DNA of 64,000 nt. It comes from Thermoanaerobaculia bacterium. Its GTDB lineage: Bacteria; Acidobacteriota; Thermoanaerobaculia; Multivoradales; Multivoraceae. Shown here in pieces: positions 29,707 to 40,448 of this stretch. Made by a program: the position numbers and the translations under genes. Numbering within the stretch: position 1 is the stretch's first letter; every line of letters starts with the position of its first letter. The notes beneath the pieces are model-generated. The model saw only the letters and a list, made by a program, of their open reading frames with translations, was not told where the DNA came from and did not search any database. Where the stretch lies: assembly GCA_963664405.1 (NCBI GenBank), contig OY761158.1, positions 1,504,001 to 1,568,000 on the forward strand. The letters are read 5' to 3'.

Positions 29707-29845
29707 CTGGCTGCGGGAATGGTGAATACCATTCCCTCCACCAGCTGAATATGGCGCCGAGGACGGCGCGCGTCGGCCGTCCGCGGACGGACGGCCTCCA
29801 TGGCTACCCCAGAGTTTCCGGCCCGGCTACCGCGGATCTTCCGTT

Positions 29846-32395
29846 CTAACGGGGCGGCTCTCCGCCGACCCACCACGGGCTCGACCAGGCCAGATGGCCG
29901 TCGAGCTGTTCGACACGCACGTAGTACCAGTCCCCAGGGTCACCGCCGCGATCGGTGAAGCTGAACTCGACGTCATCGCGTAGCCCAACCGCACGCTCGA
30001 CGCTGACTCGGTCGCGGTATCGACCCTCCTCGAGCACCTCCTCGCTCTGAGGTTGACCGAGTTCCGGCACTACCAGAGCGAAGCGAGCTTCGGCAAATTC
30101 CTGCGGCGTGCGCACCTGGGTGGGCGCGGTGCCCATCTCTCGAGCCGCCTCTAGATCGAAGGCTACCAGTGTCGAGGCCGAAGTGCCTTCGATCGTGAGA
30201 GCGATCGCGCGCCGCGATCCGCGAGTGGCGAAGTGGAAGCCCACAGTGGCCTCCTCGACCTCGATACGATCGGCATCGAGGTGAGGAGTGCCGAGGAATC
30301 GAGCGCCTGTAAGTCGCCCGTTCTCGACACTCAGGCTACCGGTCCAGGTGCGCTGACCGCGCGGGTTGTCGCGGATGGTTACGTACGACTCGGAGTAGAA
30401 GCGCACTACGACCTCATTGTCGGCTACCCCTTCCAACGCCGCCCCGCTGGTATCGAAGCTCCCGGCAACCTCACCGTTCTTGATCAGCTCGACACTGCGG
30501 ATCGGGCCGGTGCCGATCGCCCTGCCCTCGACCTGCCTGGTCTCAGAAAGGGGTAGCGCACTCCCCATCGCGCCGCCGTTGAGACGTGCATCGAGGATGA
30601 TGCGCTGAGCGCCTGTGGTGGCGTAGGCACGCCGGGCCTTGAGTGCGTCGAAGACGTCGTCGGTGGTCTTCGAAGGTGCCCAGGCAGCGGCCAGGCCGCC
30701 GAACTGGAAGATATTCGAGCGAACTCCGGCGGTCGTCGGGTGCCCGGGCGAATACCCGGGATGACCGCGATGATCGTCCGAGGCGCCGACGAAGCCGACT
30801 CTGAAGCCGCTCTCCAGATAGCGCTGCCCGAACCACTCGAAGGTGCCATGCCCGGACATGATCTCGATCAGGGTCTCCATGTCGAGGTCGCTGAGCCGAA
30901 AGTCGCCATTCTGATGGGCGTGCGGGATGATCAGTACATCTTTGGGGTCGTGCTTCTGACGCAGACCGCGATACAGCATGCTCAGATCCGGCGCCTCCTG
31001 AACGGGCACCCGATCGAAGCCAGGGCCGCGAAAGAAGACATTGTGGTGGCCGCCCCGCTGCCGCGCCACCGTCCACTCGTATCCCGGAAAGACCAGGAGC
31101 TCGTTCTCGCGATGAAACTGCTTGGCCGCGTCGTTGAGATACTTCCAATTGGCGTCTGTCAACCACAGATCGTGCTCGGTAAGCGTGACGAAGTCGAGCC
31201 GGGCATCGTCCCGCGCGAAGCGGAAGTAGCCCTCGGGCGTGCCCTGGCCCTCGGCGAAACCACAGTGGCCGTGGGTCTCCCCCCAGTAGACGTGCTCAGT
31301 GGGACTCTCACGCACCCAGATCGGGTTGGCGACGCCGCGAATCTCGCCGTCGTCGCTGCGGAAAGTGATGCGCACGACACCGGGCTGCGACAAGCGAAGC
31401 GGAAGCTCATAGATCGCCTTCCCCGCAGGGATCTGGGCGAATTTCTGCTCACCACGGAACACTCCATAGCCTGGGATGTCTCCCGTCGCCCGGTTGTAGA
31501 AACGATCCTCGGTGCGTACCGATACCTTGACCGCATCGCCGACGGCGACGATCGAGGGCGCGAAACCGTGGACCCCATAGGCCTCCGCGCCTACGACCTT
31601 GAAGGTCGGGAGCGGCAGCTCGTAGAACCTCCCGTCACCGGGATCGACGTGCAGGGGCAGTGCGATCGCGTCGTTCGAGAAAACACCGATCTCGAGGCCC
31701 CGCCCCCCGCCCGCGCGGTCGCCGTACACCACGGTAACGGTGTCGCCGGCGGCCAGAGAACCGCCCTGCACTCGAAACACCGGATACCCCTGCGCCGCAC
31801 GGAAGCCTCCGTACGGGCCCCACACCGGAGCCCGGTCGAGTTCGAGGCGAAGCGAAGGGTTGCTGGTTGTAGCCGAGACGTAGTTGTCTCCACCAGGATC
31901 ATCGATCTGGAGCTGACCGTAGCCGCCGGCATAGTGCTGACTGGCAAGCACCCCGCCACCCTCGGCGACCCCCAAGCTGCCGACCGTCCACTCGACACGG
32001 ATCGTCCGCCATGAGCGGGCCTGTACCGCGTTGCGAAGATCGACTGAAACCACTCCGAGGGCCTGTGGATCCTGTTCGAGGAACGAGAGATGACGAACAT
32101 AGGTATCGATCGCCTCGACATGATTCGGGTTCGGCTCGGTACCGGGAATCGGATAGGGCACATAGAGCCCGACATAAGGAAGGTTCTTGGGCACGACGGC
32201 GCCCTGGAGGGAGACGGCGTTGGCCCACTCCCACAGCACCGCCACCCTTTCCTGGGACGTCTCGACAGTCGTCGGTTCGGCCTCGACTGCGGCAACCAGG
32301 CGGTCGACGCGCTGGCGCAGCTCTGCGGGAAGGTCGTAGCCGAGCGCCGGCGGGGAGAGAACCAGGAGGACGAGGAGCGGAGTCGGGAGCTTCAT
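29846..32395 (-). CDS. DUF3604/PHP-like secreted metalloprotein, paralogue 1 (849 aa)
   Basis: YWGETHGH, TLTEHD, GYEW, GGHHNV, IPHAH, GASDDH, YYVRVEQ..AWSSP. Confidence 0.85.
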   Translation of the reverse strand: MKLPTPLLVLLVLSPPALGYDLPAELRQRVDRLVAAVEAEPTTVETSQERVAVLWEWANAVSLQGAVVPKNLPYVGLYVPYPIPGTEPNPNHVEAIDTYVRHLSFLEQDPQALGVVSVDLRNAVQARSWRTIRVEWTVGSLGVAEGGGVLASQHYAGGYGQLQIDDPGGDNYVSATTSNPSLRLELDRAPVWGPYGGFRAAQGYPVFRVQGGSLAAGDTVTVVYGDRAGGGRGLEIGVFSNDAIALPLHVDPGDGRFYELPLPTFKVVGAEAYGVHGFAPSIVAVGDAVKVSVRTEDRFYNRATGDIPGYGVFRGEQKFAQIPAGKAIYELPLRLSQPGVVRITFRSDDGEIRGVANPIWVRESPTEHVYWGETHGHCGFAEGQGTPEGYFRFARDDARLDFVTLTEHDLWLTDANWKYLNDAAKQFHRENELLVFPGYEWTVARQRGGHHNVFFRGPGFDRVPVQEAPDLSMLYRGLRQKHDPKDVLIIPHAHQNGDFRLSDLDMETLIEIMSGHGTFEWFGQRYLESGFRVGFVGASDDHRGHPGYSPGHPTTAGVRSNIFQFGGLAAAWAPSKTTDDVFDALKARRAYATTGAQRIILDARLNGGAMGSALPLSETRQVEGRAIGTGPIRSVELIKNGEVAGSFDTSGAALEGVADNEVVVRFYSESYVTIRDNPRGQRTWTGSLSVENGRLTGARFLGTPHLDADRIEVEEATVGFHFATRGSRRAIALTIEGTSASTLVAFDLEAAREMGTAPTQVRTPQEFAEARFALVVPELGQPQSEEVLEEGRYRDRVSVERAVGLRDDVEFSFTDRGGDPGDWYYVRVEQLDGHLAWSSPWWVGGEPPR

Positions 32396-33501
32396 TACTT
32401 CTCCGTTTTCGAATAGTGGTCGAGAAAATCGAGGACGAGCCGAGTCGAGGGGTCGCCGGGGCGGCCCAGATCGCGGTTCAGGCCACTGTGATCCTTGCCC
32501 TCCGCCTCGAACACTTTGGCTTCGACGCCGGCGTCGACCAGGCGCTCGACGAAGGGGATCGGTTGGCGAGGCGCGGCTTCACGCCCGTCCGAGTAGAAGA
32601 CGAGAAAAGGGGGGATCGACTTGCCTGCCGCAACGTGGTGCCAAGGCGATGCCGCCTCGATCTGCTCTTCGTTGCCCGAGAACGCAAGCTTGAAAATCGG
32701 CGTGCCCTCGCTCTCTCGCGACATCTCGAGAGGGACGTTGTACAGCGCGGTGTCGAGCGGGATGACACCCCGAACCTTGGGGAGACCGAGCCCAGCCTCC
32801 TCGAGAAAGCGCTCGTTGGTGCCGACAAGCGCCACCATGTGAGCGCCCGCCGAGTGGCCCATCAAAAAGAGGCGACCGGGATCGCCACCGTACTCCGAAG
32901 CATGGGCCACCAGCCAGGCGGCGGCCTGGGCGACATCTGTGGCCATCTCCGTGAGGCTGGCCTCGGGGCGGAAGCGGTAGTTCGACGAGGCGACCAGATA
33001 GCCAGCCGGCACCAGCGCGGCGGGCTTCCACAGCACCGCCTCCTTGTCCCCCGCCATCCACCCGCCACCGTGGACGAAGAGAACCATGGGCGCCTTCTTC
33101 AAGCCCTGCCGGAGATAGATGTCGAGACTGAGGCGCGCCGGATCGACTCCAGGCAGCTTGGCATAGCGGATATCCGCGATGCGCTCCACCCCCGCCTCGG
33201 CGACCGCCCGAGCTGCTTCCTCATAGACAGGCTCTTGGCCGACTCGCGCCTCGTCCATGAAGTCGCGAAAATCGCCAACCGTGCGGATCGTCGGAGCCTC
33301 ACTCTGAAAGAGAGAGCTATTGGTCGGTGCGTCTTCGGGCTTCTGCGCCTGCACTCCAACACTCATCAATAGGGAACAGAGAGCAGCTGCCGCCGACCAG
33401 CGGAGCTCACGAGCGCTCTTCTTCACGACTCGCCTCCTTCCATGATTGAGTTCTATGAGCCGGCCCGTCATCCTAACGCGTTCCCGGATGCCGACCGCCA
33501 T
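32395..33501 (-). CDS. Alpha/beta hydrolase (HSL-like carboxylesterase); start uncertain
   Basis: LDIY, FVHGGGW, GHSAG, terminal H (KDH). Confidence 0.88.
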   Translation of the reverse strand: MAVGIRERVRMTGRLIELNHGRRRVVKKSARELRWSAAAALCSLLMSVGVQAQKPEDAPTNSSLFQSEAPTIRTVGDFRDFMDEARVGQEPVYEEAARAVAEAGVERIADIRYAKLPGVDPARLSLDIYLRQGLKKAPMVLFVHGGGWMAGDKEAVLWKPAALVPAGYLVASSNYRFRPEASLTEMATDVAQAAAWLVAHASEYGGDPGRLFLMGHSAGAHMVALVGTNERFLEEAGLGLPKVRGVIPLDTALYNVPLEMSRESEGTPIFKLAFSGNEEQIEAASPWHHVAAGKSIPPFLVFYSDGREAAPRQPIPFVERLVDAGVEAKVFEAEGKDHSGLNRDLGRPGDPSTRLVLDFLDHYSKTEK

Positions 33502-33562
33502 ACTGTCGACCTCGACGACATGCCTGTAGATCCAGCGCCGTTCGGAGGCGGCGAAGCCGTGT

Positions 33563-35866
33563 TCAGAAACGGAAGGTGTACTGCAGCTTCGTGGCCAAGC
33601 GCGTGTCCTGCTGGCGAAAGTCGAAGCCGCCTCGGTCCATCTCTTGTATCCAGCTCTGGCCGAAGATGAAGAAGAGGTCGTTCCCCGGCTTGAGGGTCCA
33701 GCGCACTCGGCTCTGAAGACCGAGATTGTCGGAGCGATTGTCGTACTGGATCAGATTGGAGAAAGACAGCGAGGGCGAGACCGCGTAGTTGATCTGTGCG
33801 CTGTAGATGCGCGCGATGAAATCACCCTGCGGCAAACGCGCGAAGGTCTGGTTGGCATTGAGGCTGATCGTGAGGTGCGGAGGAGCGTTGTAGCGGATAC
33901 CGGTCGTGATCGTCTCGGCATCCCCGGACCAGAAGCTGCCGAAGGTCATCCCGAGGTTGCCCTGCCATCTGCGCTTCGCCGCCGAGGAGAAGAACACTCG
34001 CAACGGGGTGAAGTCATAGTCGCCCGGAGGTAGCACCACTCCGGCCGAGATCTCGAAAGGCTCGAAGAGTCGCTCGAAGGTGGGGTTCATATCGAAGAGG
34101 CTGTGCACTGAGTCGCCCGACTGGAAGTGCCAGTCGACGAGGGTGACGAAGAGGTTCCGACTTTCCACCAAACCGTTGTCGAGCCGGGTGAACTGGGTGT
34201 AGAAGATGTCGTGGAACATCTGCTGAATCCCCAGCCATTGATTCTTCGGCCGCGGGTTGAAACTGGCGCCGACCCGCAGCATCTCCACGTTGCTCCGCTG
34301 TACGAAGCCGAGCGCCGGGGAGAAGTTCTCCTGAATCTCGCGCCACTGCAGCTGAGCCCCCCACCTGTCGTTGGGGTAGGACACCCCGAAGCCGAAGGCC
34401 TCATCGTTGTCGGAGACCCTTTCGTTGTCGCTCTGGAGACCCCAGGCGTTGAAAACCATGTTCTTGTCGCTACCCAGAAAGGCGGAAGTCGCCAGGCGCA
34501 GATCCACCCCGAGTGTGGTGCTGTCGATGTCCAAAGCCTGATTGCCGCTGGTGACGAGGGCTCCGACGTAGGACTGCTTCAGGAAGTTCTGCCGCACGCG
34601 TCCAACGAAGAGGTCTTGGTCGTCGACGAAGGAGGTGTCGCGGGTCCGCACGCTGAGTACTCCAACCTCGCTTCGGCCCGCCCGGCCCGTGAGCTTGAGA
34701 CCGAAGTCGATGGGCACCTCCCGGCCGCCGAGCAGGCCGATTCGACGGCTGAAGAAGGGAAAGATCTCGGCGCCCGGAGGAGGAATCCCTCCCGGCTGGC
34801 CGATCCCGGTGGTGGCGAAGTTGAAGACCCCAGCGTCCTGCAGGAAGAACGACCGCTTTTCCGGAAAGAAGATCGAGAAGCGCGTCAGGTTGATCTGGCG
34901 CGAGTCGACTTCGGTCTCGGCAAAATCGGTGTTGACGGTGGCGGTCAGCTTCATGTTGGGGGTCAGGTTGTAGAACAGATCCAGCCCCGGTTTTCCCTTG
35001 AGGCTGTCCTCTCCCGTCTCGGCGCTGTCGAACCAACGTGCCGACACGAACGGCCGGACATCCAGGCCGAGGCCCTGCTCGAGGCCTTCTAGACCGACGA
35101 TCTCGCCGGCCTCAGAAACCTGAAAGAAGTCGGTTTGGAAGCGGGCCCCCGCCCAACGGGCCTCCTCGAGCTTGCGCTGGATGTGGCGGCTGATGTTGAA
35201 CCCCCAGGTTCCGTCGGAGGGGAAGTTCAGGCTCTTCCAAGGAATGGCGAATTCCGCGCTCCAGCCGCGATCCGATTGCTCGGTCGCGACAGTCCAGATC
35301 GCGTCCCACTCTTGATTGGTCTCACCATTGGCAAAAACCAGACCGTCCACCAGAACGCCATTCGGATTGGTGGAAAAGTAAAAGGCGTTGCTTTGATCGC
35401 GGAAGGTATCGAGGAGCAGAAGAATGCGGTCATCCCCGTTCAAGCCGGCGTCTCGAGCCATCTGCGCCGCGAGGACTCTGTTCGGCTCGGAGTCGTGGCA
35501 CATCACCCCGATATAGAGGTTGTCCTGGTCGCGAAGGAGCGTGACTTCGGTCCGCTCGCTCGGCCTCGCGCCGGCGGTCGGGATTCTCTGTACCAATTCG
35601 CCAATCTTCGGCGACTGCTCCCAGACCGGCTCATTCAGCACTCCGTCGATCAGAATCCGTGAGCTAACGGGGGTAACAACAGCCGCCCGCGTCGGTTCGA
35701 ACGAGTCGTCCTGCTGGGATGCAGCTTCGCACCGGACCGGGGCGATCAAGTGCCAGCCCAAAAGCGCTGCCAACGAGAGTAACGTCCGGAACGAAGGGCG
35801 CAGCGGGACCAGGCTGGACGAGCCGAGCGGAAATCTCAACGAGGAGGCTCGCCTCCGACCCACCAC
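33563..35866 (-). CDS. CBM9-like / DUF5916 outer-membrane protein; start uncertain
   Basis: IDGVLNEPVW, WSAEFAIPWKSL, NTDFAETEVD, FFPEKRSFF, FFSRRIG, C-terminal YTFRF. Confidence 0.88.
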   Translation of the reverse strand: MVGRRRASSLRFPLGSSSLVPLRPSFRTLLSLAALLGWHLIAPVRCEAASQQDDSFEPTRAAVVTPVSSRILIDGVLNEPVWEQSPKIGELVQRIPTAGARPSERTEVTLLRDQDNLYIGVMCHDSEPNRVLAAQMARDAGLNGDDRILLLLDTFRDQSNAFYFSTNPNGVLVDGLVFANGETNQEWDAIWTVATEQSDRGWSAEFAIPWKSLNFPSDGTWGFNISRHIQRKLEEARWAGARFQTDFFQVSEAGEIVGLEGLEQGLGLDVRPFVSARWFDSAETGEDSLKGKPGLDLFYNLTPNMKLTATVNTDFAETEVDSRQINLTRFSIFFPEKRSFFLQDAGVFNFATTGIGQPGGIPPPGAEIFPFFSRRIGLLGGREVPIDFGLKLTGRAGRSEVGVLSVRTRDTSFVDDQDLFVGRVRQNFLKQSYVGALVTSGNQALDIDSTTLGVDLRLATSAFLGSDKNMVFNAWGLQSDNERVSDNDEAFGFGVSYPNDRWGAQLQWREIQENFSPALGFVQRSNVEMLRVGASFNPRPKNQWLGIQQMFHDIFYTQFTRLDNGLVESRNLFVTLVDWHFQSGDSVHSLFDMNPTFERLFEPFEISAGVVLPPGDYDFTPLRVFFSSAAKRRWQGNLGMTFGSFWSGDAETITTGIRYNAPPHLTISLNANQTFARLPQGDFIARIYSAQINYAVSPSLSFSNLIQYDNRSDNLGLQSRVRWTLKPGNDLFFIFGQSWIQEMDRGGFDFRQQDTRLATKLQYTFRF

Positions 35867-38385
35867 GGGCTCGACCAGGCCAAATGGCCGTCGACCTGCT
35901 CGACCCGGACGTAGTACCAGTCGCCCGGCTGACCTCCCCGATCGGAAAAGCTGAACTCGACATCGTCGCGCTGACTCGCTGCCCGCTCCACACTGACTCG
36001 GTCGCGATAGCGCCCGGCCTCGAGAACCTTCTCGCTGGGCACTCGGCCGGCGGTCGGAACGACCAGGGCGAACTCGGTAGCGGGAAACTCTTGCGGCGTC
36101 CGCACCTGCGTCGGCGCCGTCCCGCGCTCACGCTCCGCCTCGAGATCGAAACTGATTCTGGTCGAGGCCGAAGCGCCGTCGAGGGTGAGAGCAATGGCAC
36201 GGCTGGATCCCCGGGTAGCGAGGTGGAAGCGCACCCGGTCACCGTCGATCTCGAGCTGGTCGGCGTCGCGATGGGGCGTGCCGAGGTAGCGAGCACCGGT
36301 GAGCCGGCCGTTGTGGACCCGAAGCCGGCCGCGCCATGTGTGCTGGCCGCGCGGATTGTCGCGAATGGTCACGTACGACTCGGAATAGAAACGAACGATC
36401 ACCTCGCCACTGTCCGCCCCGGCCCCGGCCACTCCCGCGGTGTCGAAGCTGCCAACCACCTCACCGTTTCTGAGCAGCTCGATCGTGCGGATGGGTCCGG
36501 TGCCGATCGCCCGCCCTTCGATCTCTCGAGTCTCGGACTCCGGCAGCTCGCTCCCGATCGCCTCGCCGTTGAGCCGAGCGTCCAGGATGATCCGCTGTGC
36601 ACCGGTGGTCGCGACCGCGCGCCGCGCCTTCAGGGCGTCGAAGACCGCGTCGGAGCTCTTCGCGGGCGCCCAGGCACCGGCAAGGCCACCGAACTGGAAG
36701 ATGTTGGAGCGAACGCCCGCAGTCGACGGGTGACCCGGCGAGTATCCAGGGTGCCCGCGGTGATCGTCCGAAGCCCCGACGAAACCGACCCGGTAACCGT
36801 GCTCGAGGTAACGCTGCCCGAACCACTCGAAGGTGCCGTGCCCCGACATGATCTCGATCAAGCGCTCCATGCCGAGGTCCGAAAGCCGGAAGTCCCCGTT
36901 CTGGTGGGCGTGAGGGATGATGAGGACATCGTCAGGGTCGTGCTTCTCGCGCAACCCCCGATAGAGCATGGTCAGGTCTGGCGCTTCTTGCCCCGCGACA
37001 CGCTCGAATCCCGGACCACGAAAGAAGACGTTGTGGTGCCCACCACGCTGGCGATTGACCGACCACTCGTAACCGGGGAAGACGATGAGCTCACCCTCGC
37101 GGTGGAATTGCTCAGCGACGTCATTGAGATACTTCCAATTACCATCCGTGATGGCGAGGTCGTGCTCGCTCAAGGTGACGAAGTCGAGGCGAGCGTCGTC
37201 GCGGGCGAAGGCGAAGTAGCCCTCGGGAGTCCCCTGGCCCTCGGCGAAGCCACAGTGGCCGTGGGTCTCGCCCCAATAAATACGCTCCGCGGGGCGATCA
37301 CGCACCCAGATCGGGTTCGCGAGACCCTCGATCTTGCCATCGGGACTGCGAAACGAAAGGCGGACAACGCCGGGCTCGGCGAAGCGCAGCGGCAGCTCGT
37401 GAAGCGCCCGACCGGCGGGGAGATCGGCGATCTTCTCACCGTCGCGCAGGACCTCATAGCCCGGGATCGTCCCCGTTGCCCGATTGTAGAAAGAGTCCTC
37501 GGTGCGTACCGAGATCGTGAGCTCCTCACCGCTAGCGACGATCGACGGCGCGAACCCATGCACGCCGTAGGCCTCGCCGCCGACGACCTCGAAGGTCGGA
37601 AGCGGCAGCTCGTGGAGATCACCGTTACCCGCATCCACCAGCAAGGGCAGGGCGATCGCGTCGTTGGAGAAGATCCCGACCTCGAGTCCCCGTCCGCCTC
37701 CAGATCGGTCGCCATAAACCACTGTAACGGTGTCTCCAGCCCCCAGCGCGGCACCGCGCACGCGAAACATCGGGAAGCCCTCGGCCCCGCGAAAACCACC
37801 GTAAGGACCCCACACCGCAGCCCGATCGAGCTCGAAGCGGACTGCCGGGTTGGTGGTCGTTGCCGAGACATAGTTGTCGCCGCCAGGGTTGTCGACCTGA
37901 AGCCGCCCGTAACCGCCGGCATAGTGCTGACTGGCCACCACGCCCCCGCCCTCGGGTACTCCAAAACTGCCGACCTTCCACTCGACACGGACGGTCTGCC
38001 AGGAACCGGCACGGACGGCGGACGCCGGATCGACCGAGATCTCCCCGAACGCCTCGGGGTCCCGATCGAGAAGGGCGAAAAAGCGGGCATAGGTATCGAC
38101 CGCCTTGATCTGTTGGAGAGAAGTCTGGAAGCCCGGAATGGGGTACGGGATGCCGAAGGCGATCGACGGAAGGTTCTTCGGCACCACTGCCCCCTGCAGT
38201 GACACGGCGTTGGCCCAGTCCCACAGGATGGCTACCCGATCAACTGCGTTGTCGGCCGTCGTCGGGTTGGCTTCGATGTCAGAGATCAGTCGATCGACCC
38301 GCTGACGCAGCTCCGGCGAGAGGTCGTAACCCGACACGGGAATAGCGAGAACAACGGCAAAAAGGCCGGCGGCGGCTCGTCTCAT
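35836..38385 (-). CDS. DUF3604/PHP-like secreted metalloprotein, paralogue 2 (849 aa)
   Basis: Colinear with 29846..32395 and the same length; true start MRRAAAGLF at 38385. Confidence 0.85.
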   Translation of the reverse strand: MRRAAAGLFAVVLAIPVSGYDLSPELRQRVDRLISDIEANPTTADNAVDRVAILWDWANAVSLQGAVVPKNLPSIAFGIPYPIPGFQTSLQQIKAVDTYARFFALLDRDPEAFGEISVDPASAVRAGSWQTVRVEWKVGSFGVPEGGGVVASQHYAGGYGRLQVDNPGGDNYVSATTTNPAVRFELDRAAVWGPYGGFRGAEGFPMFRVRGAALGAGDTVTVVYGDRSGGGRGLEVGIFSNDAIALPLLVDAGNGDLHELPLPTFEVVGGEAYGVHGFAPSIVASGEELTISVRTEDSFYNRATGTIPGYEVLRDGEKIADLPAGRALHELPLRFAEPGVVRLSFRSPDGKIEGLANPIWVRDRPAERIYWGETHGHCGFAEGQGTPEGYFAFARDDARLDFVTLSEHDLAITDGNWKYLNDVAEQFHREGELIVFPGYEWSVNRQRGGHHNVFFRGPGFERVAGQEAPDLTMLYRGLREKHDPDDVLIIPHAHQNGDFRLSDLGMERLIEIMSGHGTFEWFGQRYLEHGYRVGFVGASDDHRGHPGYSPGHPSTAGVRSNIFQFGGLAGAWAPAKSSDAVFDALKARRAVATTGAQRIILDARLNGEAIGSELPESETREIEGRAIGTGPIRTIELLRNGEVVGSFDTAGVAGAGADSGEVIVRFYSESYVTIRDNPRGQHTWRGRLRVHNGRLTGARYLGTPHRDADQLEIDGDRVRFHLATRGSSRAIALTLDGASASTRISFDLEAERERGTAPTQVRTPQEFPATEFALVVPTAGRVPSEKVLEAGRYRDRVSVERAASQRDDVEFSFSDRGGQPGDWYYVRVEQVDGHLAWSSPWWVGGEPPR

Positions 38386-38396
38386 CGTGGTGTCCT

Positions 38397-39278
38397 TCAA
38401 TTTCTTGCCTCCTTCCCTTCGGTCTGCACGACCTCGAGTTGATCCTTCGGGGCGTAGAAGTAAGAACCGGGGCGAAACTCGTAGCCCAGGTCGCCGAGCA
38501 GCCGTCGTTGGCGTGGCGTGCAGCGATCCTTGACCTCGGAAACCGTCTCGAAGTCGTAGGCGCGCACGAACATCTGAGCGTAGTTGTAGAGGATGGTCTT
38601 TCTCGCCCTGCCCGAGAGATTGGGCGAAGGCCCGTGCCAGAGCGAGTGAGGAAACACAATGCAGTCGCCGGCCTTTCCTCTGAGCTGCACCGCCCCTGGC
38701 GGCCGCGCGCTCTGCCCCGGCTTCACGCTCTCCGGGAACGGCCTCAGGTGGCTGCCTGGCGAGACGGTGAAGTTCCCCATGTTGGGCTCGGGGGTGTCCG
38801 ACAGAAGGTAGAGGGCCTTCAACGCCAGCGGCCTGCTTGTCTCGGTGACCCGGACGCGACGCAGCGCTTCGCCGCCATCGGTGTGGGTATAACCCCTGAA
38901 CTCGGGATCCGAAGGGCGCACGATCGCCTGGGTCATGCTGAGGAGCAGGTAGGGGCCCATGATGTCGACGATCAGGTCGAAGACCTCCGGCCGATCCATC
39001 AGATCGATGAAAGCGGGATGAAAGGGAAGAAGGTCGCGGCGATCCATGAACCCCTCCGGATCCAGATCGAGGGCATGATCGAGCCGCGCATAGTGCCCCA
39101 GCGGGCCGTCGGGACTGGGCTCCCAACCGGGTATCTGTCGAATGCGGTCCAGCTCGGCATTGAAGAAATCGACTTCGTCGCTGGAGAGCACTCCTTCGAG
39201 GTGCAGGTAGCCGTCGATGGCCCACTTCTCGCGCTGTTCTTCACTGAGACACTTCATGCAACTCTCCTTCGCTGACAC
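38397..39278 (-). CDS. Phytanoyl-CoA dioxygenase (PhyH) family Fe/2OG oxygenase
   Basis: DGYLHLEGVLS, HTD, PGSH, AGDCIVF..LWHG..N..R. Confidence 0.88.
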   Translation of the reverse strand: MSAKESCMKCLSEEQREKWAIDGYLHLEGVLSSDEVDFFNAELDRIRQIPGWEPSPDGPLGHYARLDHALDLDPEGFMDRRDLLPFHPAFIDLMDRPEVFDLIVDIMGPYLLLSMTQAIVRPSDPEFRGYTHTDGGEALRRVRVTETSRPLALKALYLLSDTPEPNMGNFTVSPGSHLRPFPESVKPGQSARPPGAVQLRGKAGDCIVFPHSLWHGPSPNLSGRARKTILYNYAQMFVRAYDFETVSEVKDRCTPRQRRLLGDLGYEFRPGSYFYAPKDQLEVVQTEGKEARN

Positions 39279-39332
39279 GGTGGCTAGGCCGCGGGACTAA
39301 TCCTGCGCCCGTCAATATATCGCGAGCAAATC

Positions 39333-40382
39333 TCAGATCTGCGGCATCACCTTCTCGGCAAAGAGGCGCATCGACTCCTGTGCCGGCTCCAGGGCGAGGT
39401 CGTTGAAGTTGACCTGGAGCGACGCGATCTCGAAACCACCGACGAGATCCTGATAGGCGGCGATCTGATCGACAATGCGCTCAGGGGAGCCGACCCAGGC
39501 ACCGCCCTTCTCCACCTGGCTCTCGAAAGTCTCAGCGCTCAGCCCGGCGATGATCTTGTCGTAGCCGGGGTAGTCGGAAGAGCTGACACCGGCAGTCCAG
39601 TCGGAAGCCGCTGCAACCAGCGAGCTCAGATAGCCATTCAGTGGTTCGCGCGCGATCTCGGCGGCCTCGCGATCGGTCGCGGCGCAGAACATATGGAAGG
39701 CGAGCATCACCCGACCGTCTCCCGGGTGTCCGGCGGCTCGCCAGGCTTCGCGATAGAACCCAAGCAGTTCCCTCATCCTGCCGCCGGCAAGGGGAATGGC
39801 CATCACCGAGTGGCCCGCGCGACCCGCGTTGACGAAAGACTCGGGCGTCGCCAGAGCAGCCACCCAGAACGGCGGCCGCGGCCGTTGGGTGGGGCGCGGC
39901 AGAGAGGTCACATTCTCGAAGCTGTGGAAGCGCCCCTCCATCGATAGGTCTTCTTCTTCGAGCAGTCGACGCACCTGCTCCAGACCCTCGTCGAAGCGCG
40001 CCCGGCTCTCGTCGACACTGACCCCGAAGCGGGCGAACTCGTGGGGCAGAAAGGCGCGAGCGAAGCCGACTTCGAGCCGGCCGCCGGAGATGGCGTCGAG
40101 CATGCCGATCTCCCCCGCCAACTTGAGCGGGTGGTTGAAGACAGGCAGCACGGCGCCGGTGATCAGGCGGGCTTGGGCGGTGCGCATCGCCGCCGCGGTG
40201 AGAAAAACGATCGGGCTCGGGCTGTAGCCGCCATAGTCACGGAAGTAGTGCTCGACCGTACGAACCGAAGTGAAGCCGAGCTCGTCGACCAGATCGACGA
40301 GTTGGAGACACTCGGCGAAATAGGCCTCGCCACTCTTCCGCTCGGGGCCGACGTCGGGGAAGAACTGGATGCCGAATTCCAC
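39333..40382 (-). CDS. LLM-class flavin-dependent oxidoreductase (luciferase-like)
   Basis: EHYF..YGGYSPSP, HPLKLA, LDAISGGRLEVG, PRPTQRPRPPFW. Confidence 0.92.
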   Translation of the reverse strand: MEFGIQFFPDVGPERKSGEAYFAECLQLVDLVDELGFTSVRTVEHYFRDYGGYSPSPIVFLTAAAMRTAQARLITGAVLPVFNHPLKLAGEIGMLDAISGGRLEVGFARAFLPHEFARFGVSVDESRARFDEGLEQVRRLLEEEDLSMEGRFHSFENVTSLPRPTQRPRPPFWVAALATPESFVNAGRAGHSVMAIPLAGGRMRELLGFYREAWRAAGHPGDGRVMLAFHMFCAATDREAAEIAREPLNGYLSSLVAAASDWTAGVSSSDYPGYDKIIAGLSAETFESQVEKGGAWVGSPERIVDQIAAYQDLVGGFEIASLQVNFNDLALEPAQESMRLFAEKVMPQI

Positions 40383-40448
40383 AGGAGGAGTGTAGCCCGA
40401 GGGGCCTATTCTCCGGGCACCGACCGCTTCAACCTTTTCCGGGCACCA

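Noticed and set aside
35719-38202. 827-aa plus-strand ORF and other long antisense ORFs (363..1154, 30740..32014, 32011..33372, 60066..61367)
   Set aside because: Shadow frames opposite well-supported genes; expected in high-GC DNA; no motifs.
38386-39225. 280-aa N-terminal extension making a 1129-aa DUF3604 protein
   Set aside because: Arg/Pro-rich off-frame read of the PhyH gene; the paralogue and signal peptide fix the start at 38385.
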